Assembly: GCF_009914755.1 (NCBI RefSeq)
Contig: NC_060925.1
Strand: one strand, 5' to 3'
Length of the DNA: 64,000 nt
From: the human T2T-CHM13v2.0 reference genome, Homo sapiens
In this document: positions 55,353 to 64,000 of the stretch, one piece after another
Layout: every line of letters starts with the position of its first letter
How positions within the stretch are numbered: position 1 is the first letter of the stretch
The notes under the pieces: model-generated
Database searches by the model: none
Seen by the model: the letters and a program-made list of their open reading frames with translations, nothing else
What the model was told of the DNA's origin: nothing
Program-made: the position numbers and the translations under genes

Positions 55353-55900
55353 TAATACCATCAGCTTGACTTGAGGCCCTCTTTGAAAGCAGACTCAGAA
55401 TCTGTAATTTATCAGGATCCCCAGGTAATTTGTATGTGCAGTCTAGTTTGGTAGATCTGCTCTGGCAGACTGGAAGACTCTTCTATCTGCCTCACGTAAG
55501 GTGCAGGTGACATAATTAGGTAATCAAGCAAAAGATCACATATTTTAATAAGAAAGAGACACTGGCTATTATTTTGAGTGGCAAAACAGGTTATTCAGTC
55601 CCAGTTTAAAATGGAAATGACAGAGACCAAGATCAAGATTTTTAATTTGAGATGTGCCTGCGATGCAATTACATTTGCTGAATGAAACTGCTTCAGTAAT
55701 TAGATGCAGGTTTCTTCTCTCTTCTTTTTGAGATGTAAAGAAGACACAATAGACTCATGGAACTTAAAGAACTAGACACCAGCTAACAAAACATGCTATC
55801 CAGACTCTTCCATTTCACCATATTGCTTTCTTGAAAACATAGGACAGTGCCAGTTTAGCACTGAAAAAAATCAGTTCTCCTAATTCTAAAAAGAGGAGAC

Positions 55901-56115
<215 letters not shown>

Positions 56116-56928
56116 AACTGTAATTTCATTTCAGAAGTTTTATAGGGTACTATTTCCAATTCTTTTTTTCTTACTCCATTAAAGTGTAATTAGCAGTATG
56201 TGAAAATTTCCACTTTATCCTCAATCAGAAGCCTCTCCTTCCAATTAGCATATTTTTTTTCTATTAACTTTGTAAAGTGGGATTCTTGTTTTATACATAC
56301 CCCTGGAAAGTATACTTAAACTGTGAGACCCTGGGATTTTATATTTCCAAATAGAAGATACCATCCTCTTGTATCACAAAATGTATCTAAGATGGTTTGG
56401 ATTATATTTAAATATTCTTGAATGAAATAGACTTACTGACTGAAGCCAATTATTAGATTTTTCCACACCAAAATAAATGCAATAGGAAAAGATGACAGTT
56501 CTATGTAGTATTCCTGCTTCCATATTGCACAAATTAGAAACATACATATTCTATTATGTTACAGGGTCTAGGGCTTTGGGAGGACAAGGCTGCAGGCAGC
56601 CGAGATTGTGCCACTGCACTCCAGCCTGGGCGACAGAGTGAGACCTTTTCTCAATAATAATAATAAAAGTAAAAAGAAATATAATATTTAATCAATATAT
56701 GCACACACATGGGTTTATCATGACACACATGACATGTGTGTACAGTGAAAACAATGAGTAAATCTAGAAACCTGTATTGCCTCAATAGCTAGCTAAGTAC
56801 TTCAATATGCATGTTTATTTCAACAATTTTGTGTTAAGCTTTAGTGGTAAATAAGCAGAGTACACTGGCCATAATGAATACTCCTTTTGATGAGGGTTAT
56901 CACTACACAATTAAAATATTACATAGTT

Positions 56929-57217
<289 letters not shown>

Positions 57218-57220
<3 letters not shown>

Positions 57221-57420
57221 ATAATAATAAACAGATATATATTATATATATAATAAATATAAATATAATATATAATATATAATATATATATAATAAATAT
57301 ATAATATATATTATATATATAATAAATATATAATATATATTATACATATAATAAATATATAATATATAATACATATAATATATATATTATATATAATAAA
57401 TATATCATATAGATGATATA
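57218..57420. repeat. AT-rich low-complexity repeat
   Basis: Almost pure A/T (atatataat variants) grown from the Alu tail. Confidence 0.95.
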
Positions 57421-58048
57421 GTTTAGAGTTAAATACTGACTGCTCTTGGGAACTTTGAGGTATTCTGAGGGATATAAATAACACGAAGAGAATAGCACAT
57501 TGGCTTGAAGCAGATTAGAGTCTGCTACCTGCGTGAATACTTGCTTTTCATGAACTATGAGGATGCCCTTAGCTTTTGAACCACTTCTACTTGTGTTGAA
57601 ATTTACCCTTTAATTTTGGGGTTTGACAGGCTCTGCCCTTCTGTTATGCTTGAGTCTGGCTTTTCCTACTCTGACTCACTTTGATTCTTGACCTCTGAAT
57701 CTTATTCCTATTTTACAATAAACACACATCGCACATACGCCAATTAGTAGAGTGGAAGAGGGAAAAATTGCCAAGGAACTATGTTTAATTTTGTTCCTTT
57801 CGCAAACCAGACACCATAACAGAAAAATTTTAGGAACATGTGCATGTTCAGTAGCCTTCAATGCAATTATACTGGTTATTAAAAAGTGTTGGATAATCAA
57901 TATTTTTTAAAGATTCACTAGTCCCTTCTCATAATTTTAGAACTTTGGGAAGTAATAATACAAATGTATTTTTAGCTGTGTCCTTTAATCTTTTACTGTT
58001 TCCTCTATGTGTGGTGTTTGGTTTGTGTGTGTGTGATAATTATTATAA

Positions 58049-58400
<352 letters not shown>

Positions 58401-58879
58401 GCATGACCTTTTAACTTGTCTCATACACTCAATATTCTCAAGATATACCTTCCAAAGTGAAAAATTATGGCACTTTGCAGCCCTGTCCACTAACTGAGAA
58501 CTTTGATGCTTTGGATTTTGGAGACCTCATTTTATCACCTGGTCCTTTTACTTCATGACTTGTCATGCTGCCACCTTTTGATGGGATTGAGATCAAGATA
58601 ATAATTCCCAACTGGTCAGGAATATTGTGCCCCTTTGTTTTTATATCCAGATGCAATAGAGCCTCTGACACACCACTACTATTGTTCTTAGGATTTGGAA
58701 CAAAATGCTTCTTTCTTTGACAAAATAAATGTTTTCTTTAAAGAACTCTTGATTGATCCTGGACCATTGTAGAAACTGAAGTCCTATCAATGCAAAAAAA
58801 TATGACAACATGAGCTGCTTATCATGAAATAAGTGTTTTCCAATTAACTATCCTGCTTCATCAGCAGGTAGGAATAATA

Positions 58880-59421
58880 GAATCTATACCTATGTCTTCA
58901 TGGGAAGTTCTCTATGGCCAGTTGATTAGTGAGGGAAAAATTGAGCCTGATTTACAGAAGTCACTGTACAACATCACAGCAACAGCCAAAAGTAGATTGC
59001 TTAGGCATTATAACCTACGTGAATGCAATTTTAAAAGAAATTCAGCCTATGTAATTGGTTGTCCACGATGTCTAGAAGGAGAGATATTATTGATGTATAT
59101 GTGGCAGCTAATAATTTGTCTAGATAATTAGGGACTTGGGGCCAGGCCTGATGGTTCACACCTGTAATCCCAGAACTTTTGGAGGACAGGACAGGTGGAT
59201 TGTCTGAGGTCAGGAGTTCGAAACCAGCCTGGCTGACATGGTGAAACTCCGTCTCTACTAAAAATACAAAAATTAGCCAGATGTGGTGGTGTGTGCCTGC
59301 AATCCTAGCTACTTGGGAGGCTGAGGCAGGAGAATCTCTTGAATCCAGGAGGAAGAAGTTGCAGTGAACCAAGATTGCACCACTGCACTCCAGCCTGGGC
59401 AACAAAGTGAAACTCTGTCTC

Positions 59422-59454
<33 letters not shown>

Positions 59455-60350
59455 TAATTAGGGACTCAGAAAGACAAACACTGAAGGATTGGTGGCAATG
59501 AGTTTTGGGGAAAAAATATGTAGATGAACCACAGAAAATGAGCCAGAGTGTAAGAATATTTGTGCTTAATACAAATGCTCACCAAACTATCATCAGGAAG
59601 GTTATCAAATAGATATGAAGGTATGAAACAATCTCTTTCACCAGGCACTACATTGCTTGCTCAGAAGGCTAATAAACAGCAACATTGGTGGTAGCAGTAG
59701 AGAATACACATAGGTTTAGCAACATGTTGGACTTTACCACTCTCGCTTACAAAAGCCTATTTAGCTGTCAAGACTATTAGGTGTCCAACACACAAGCAAC
59801 AAAGTCCAAGGCTAAGCACACAATAACATATCCTGGGTGAATAAACCAGTCACCTTTTGTCAGACTTGTTGATTTTACTGGAGCTCCTCTATGATAAAGG
59901 CAACAAGGAATTTTGTAAATGGAATCTACCTTTATCCTTGAATTACATTTGCTTTACCTGACATCATTTTTCTCTGATCGCCACTCTCCATGGGTACATT
60001 GAATGCCTTATATATACTGCCATAATATCCTGTTCTACATCCTTCTATTAAAAGAACTTGTTGTATAACAAATGAGTAGATATTCATTGGACTCACCTGG
60101 TCCACCATTTATCCTATCACCAACCAAAATTATTATTATTATACAATGGTGAATATTTTATTAAAGACTCAATCACAGTGCCAGCTGGAGACAATGGCTT
60201 ATAAGGTTGTACTCATGCTAGACGATGTGGTGGTGTATCCTCTGAACTAGTAACTAAGTATAAGCTTGTCTGGTGTCTCCCATATAAAAAATACAACAAT
60301 CTTTGATATTTGTTATGAACGTTGAAGTGACTCCTTTTGTCATTACATCT
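58880..60350 (+). mobile_element. ERVL internal pol relic (RNase H to integrase), split by an Alu
   Basis: Decayed translation AANNLSR*LGT|QKDKH*RIGGNEFWGKNM, IFVLNTNAHQ, CPTHKQQSPRLS, VDFTGAP aligns by eye to HERV-L WAVANGLAGWSGTWKEHDWKIGDKEIWGRGMW / IFVSHVNAHQ / CPTCQQQRPTLS / QVDYIGPLP. Confidence 0.75.
59140..59451 (+). mobile_element. AluS with 15-bp TSD
   Basis: TSD agataattagggact at 59122-59136 and 59452-59466. Confidence 0.93.
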
Positions 60351-60674
60351 AATGATCCACTCCAAATACTTGTCTCTTGTCTCTGAGATTCTAGGTTTTT
60401 GCAGAATTAGTACCCAAAGGGAGAGTCTTAGCAGTATTCCATTTTACAATCCATCCTTCGTTAGAGGATGAGAGACTTCTATCTAGCCTTTTAGGTTGCC
60501 TGAGACCTTTAAACAAACTGTCAAAAATTTAAAATTTAAAATGCGGCTACATTGTTGCATGGGGTAGTAAATCTTGACCTTAAAACTGGTATTTGTAAGA
60601 AAAACAGAAAGAATTCAGGGATCCCCTTTGATGGCTCCTAATTCTATACAGTCCTGTAAATATTCCTGAAGACT

Positions 60675-60842
60675 AACCAGGCGTGGTGGTGCACACCTGT
60701 AATCCCAGCTACTCCAGAGGCTGAGGAAGAGAATCACTTGAACCTGGGAGGCAGAGGTTGCAATGAGCTGAGATTGTGCCACTTCACTCCAGCCTGGGTG
60801 ACAGAGCAAGACTCTGTCTCAAAAAAAAAAAAAAAAAAAAAA

Positions 60843-60887
<45 letters not shown>

Positions 60888-60889
60888 AA
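60675..60889 (+). mobile_element. Alu right arm with A/(GAAA)n tail
   Basis: taaccaggcgtggtggtgc...gactctgtctc(A)n(GAAA)n. Confidence 0.88.
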
Positions 60890-61151
60890 TTAATGAAGAC
60901 TGCCACAACTTGGAAGCAACCAAGGTATCCTTCAATAGGTGACTGCATAAGCAAACTGTGGTATATTCCTACAGTGGAATATTATTCAGTGCTAAAAGGA
61001 AAAAACTATCAAGCCACAAAAAGATACAGAAAAAACAAAGACATTTTGCTAAGTGAAAGAAGCCAGTCTGAAAAGGGTACATACTGTGATTTCAACTATA
61101 CGACATTCTGGAAAAGGACAAACTATAAAGACAGTAAAAAGATCAGTGGTT

Positions 61152-61917
61152 ATCTTTGCAGACGCCACCATCACTGTGAGCCCTGTACTATCAGCCATGG
61201 TCAACTCCGTCGTCTTTTTTGACATCACCGTCGACGGCAAGCCCTTGGGCCGCATCTCCATCAAACTGTTTGCAGACAAGATTCTAAAGACAGCGGAAAA
61301 CTTTCGTGCTCTGAGCACTGGAGAGAAAGGATTTCGTTATAAGGGTTCCTGCTTTCACAGAATTATTCCAGGGTTTATGTGTCAGGGTGGTGACTTCACA
61401 CGCCATAATGGCACTGGTGACAAGTCCATCTATGGGGAGAAATTTGATGATGAGAACCTCATCCGAAAGCATACAGGTTCTGGCATCTTGTCCATGGCAA
61501 ATGCTGGACCCAACACAAATGGTTCCCAGTTTTTCATCTGTGCTGCCAAGACTGAGTGGTTGGATGGCAAGCATGTGGCCTTTGGCAAGGTGAAAGAACG
61601 TGTGAATATTGTGGAAGCCATGGAGCACTTTGGGTACAGGAATAGCAAGACCAGCAAGAAGATCACCATTGCTGACTGTGGACAATTCTAATGAGTTTGA
61701 CTTGTGTTTTATTTTCACCACCAGACCCATTCCTTCTGTAGCTCAGGAGAGCACCCCTCCACCACATTTGCTTGCAATATCCTAGAATCTTTGTGCTCTT
61801 GCTGCAGTTCCCTTTGGGTTCCATGTTTTCCTTGTTCCCTTCCATGCCTAGCTGGATTGCAGAGTTGAGTTAAGTTTATGATTATGAAATAAAAACTAAG
61901 TAACAACAACAACAACA
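61152..61917 (+). other. Processed PPIA retrocopy (5' UTR, CDS, 3' UTR, tail) with TSD
   Basis: TSD aaaaagatcagtggtt 61136-61151 / aaaaagctcagtggtt 61918-61933; AATAAA at 61888-61893; (CAA)n-degenerated tail; no introns. Confidence 0.92.
61197..61691 (+). CDS. PPIAL4A: Peptidyl-prolyl cis-trans isomerase A-like 4 (cyclophilin A retrogene), 164 aa
   Basis: gccATGG Kozak; [28 protein letters not shown]...[15 protein letters not shown]...TEWLDGKH...ADCGQF*; intact ORF. The paralog letter is tentative. Confidence 0.92.
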   Translation: MVNSVVFFDITVDGKPLGRISIKLFADKILKTAENFRALSTGEKGFRYKGSCFHRIIPGFMCQGGDFTRHNGTGDKSIYGEKFDDENLIRKHTGSGILSMANAGPNTNGSQFFICAAKTEWLDGKHVAFGKVKERVNIVEAMEHFGYRNSKTSKKITIADCGQF

Positions 61918-62839
61918 AAAAAGCTCAGTGGTTGCCAGGAGTTTGGGGATGGGTAGGGAGATAAATAGTTCTGAAACAGGCGATTTTTAGGGGATTGAAA
62001 ATACATTGGTAATAATGTAATGATGGGTACATGACATTATGCGTTTTGCAAAACTCCTAGACCTGTACCACACAAAGAGTGAACCCTAATGTAAACTGGG
62101 GGTGGGATAAAGGTGACAGTATGTGAGAACTCTGTACTTTCTGCTCGATCTTTCCATAAAGCTAAAACTGCTCAAAAAATAAAGTCTATTATTTTGTTAA
62201 ATGAAAGAAATTAACAATGACCATGGCACGCTCACACAAAAAGATTATCAAGGACATTTCTCTGTCAGGAATGAATATTTGGTCATCTCACAAGGCAAAA
62301 CCCTGACTAGCAGAGGTGTTAGCTGAGGGCACATGGCCATAGATGCCAATAGTGACCTGCTGGCCACTTGCAGAAAGGAGAGCCTTGACATCCAAACACA
62401 TTGTTTCTCTTGTATTGTCCTGTGCATACTTATGTATCTTAACAACTTTCCTTCTTTCCTCTCCATTTATCCCTCTTTTTAAAACAGGGCTTATTGAGGG
62501 TGATTAACTTAATTTTTAAATGATATATGGCAGAATGTCAAGAGAGTATAGTGAAGAACTTCGTAGAGGAATGGACATAACCCAGAATTCTTAGACTTAG
62601 AGTACATGCTGTGATTGAGAATTTTTTATTGTTTCATTGTTCAAGAGATTGTAGGTACATGTTCAATTATTAGAGAAATAGTTGCACTCTGTTAGAAGGA
62701 AGCTTGGGTCTTTCGTGTTTACTTTCAAAAGGGAAAGTTTATATTGATATTGAGCAAGTTAAAGCATGAAAATTTATTATTTGATGTTTGTTGCTGTGTT
62801 TGAGGAATTCCTCAGCCTCTCAGTTTTGACGAAAACAAG

Positions 62840-63335
62840 AAACCACCTCCTGCTTTAGAAGCTAAAATGCCAAATGCTTGCTTTCTCAGCCTCCTTTGCA
62901 GCTAGGGTACAAGCATATGACTTAGGTTTTGCCCATCTGTTTGCCAGTGCTGAATTTCCACTTCGGAATTAATAAAAAAAGAAGCAGATTCAGTTATGCT
63001 TTCTCTTGTTTCTGGTGGAGGCCATGTAGCAGCTGCTACAATATCTGTTGCAAAGCGAACAAGTGGGAGTGGTGCTGGTGGCTTTGCAGTTAGCCTAGGA
63101 TTGAGCAATTGCTGCAATTGTTGCTGCCTGCATCTTCGGTGTTATTTCTTACTGGTGGTGACAGTGGTTTCCTCCCTGGATGAGTTCTACAGCATGGTTT
63201 GGGGTACATTTCCTGGCTGCCTAGCTTTGATCTGGCTTTCTAGCCTTCTCAACAGTTCTACAAGTTCCCCACTATTTCTGTGATAAACCTATTTATTGTT
63301 AATGTCAGCCATAATTGGCTTCTGTGGTTTATATT
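62840..63335 (+). mobile_element. Old ERVL LTR (LTR16-like)
   Basis: ctttctcagcctcctttgcagctaggg...catatgacttagg motif; recognised by eye. Confidence 0.5.
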
Positions 63336-63416
63336 TTTTAAAATTCCAAGATATACCAACGTAACAGATAGCTCAACAAACATATGTCTTTTTAAATTAA
63401 GATATATTCTGTGTCA

Positions 63417-63839
<423 letters not shown>

Positions 63840-64000
63840 CTAAGGTTCTTGAATAAGCAGAAAATAATTTAGGTAAAAACCAAATAATAAACTAACATTC
63901 TGAAAGGTTTAGGATTTGGAGGCACAAATGTCTTAGCTAAAGTGTTCATTCTAACCTCACAGGAAAATTGAAATATGAAAATATACAGAAAAATCTTAGG

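Larger units (their letters stand above)
60895..62200 (+). mobile_element. Old L1M 3' end interrupted by the PPIA retrocopy
   Basis: aacttggaagcaacca...gtggaatattattcag...aagtgaaagaagccagtctgaaaagg...gatcagtggtt | gccaggagtttgggg...gtgaaccctaatgtaaact. Confidence 0.8.

Noticed and set aside
61053-61196. 48-aa N-terminal extension of PPIAL4 in the ORF track (212 aa)
   Set aside because: Begins at a GTG in L1-derived flank outside the TSD; the Kozak ATG at 61197 matches the PPIA start.
61284-61730. 148-aa antisense ORF over PPIAL4
   Set aside because: Shadow ORF of the cyclophilin coding sequence.

Overview
Human (hominid) segmental-duplication DNA from the chr1 NBPF/1q21-1p11 system. Bases 1-13.6 kb hold the 3' end of an NBPF gene on + with 16 exons encoding 8 Olduvai/DUF1220 domains in the order HLS2-HLS3-HLS1-HLS1*-HLS1*-HLS2-HLS3-CON3, a stop at 11991 and a poly(A) signal at 13593. 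Next come a variant tRNA-Asn(GTT) (-) with a CpG-rich region, and a variant U1 snRNA (-) with an intact PSE/DSE promoter but altered U1-70K and U1A loops. About 37 kb of AT-rich, repeat-dense DNA follows (Alus, MaLR LTRs, near full-length Tigger2, truncated L1PA, ERVL pol relic), then an intact cyclophilin A retrogene (PPIAL4 family, +) inserted with TSDs into an old L1. From memory, the gene order fits NBPF26 - RNVU1 - PPIAL4A, but near-identical paralogous blocks exist, so paralog symbols are tentative. No proven new system is visible. The best leads are: (i) a phase-compatible, TRIMCyp-like splice route from Olduvai exons into the CypA retrogene; (ii) a 5-domain Olduvai unit that breaks the triplet/furin periodicity; (iii) a basic furin-type motif made by an out-of-frame exon duplication; (iv) a U1 variant lacking both protein-binding loops; (v) templated-insertion/hairpin repair scars; (vi) possible relics of a decayed minus-strand gene. 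Repeat boundaries and subfamily names were assigned by eye.
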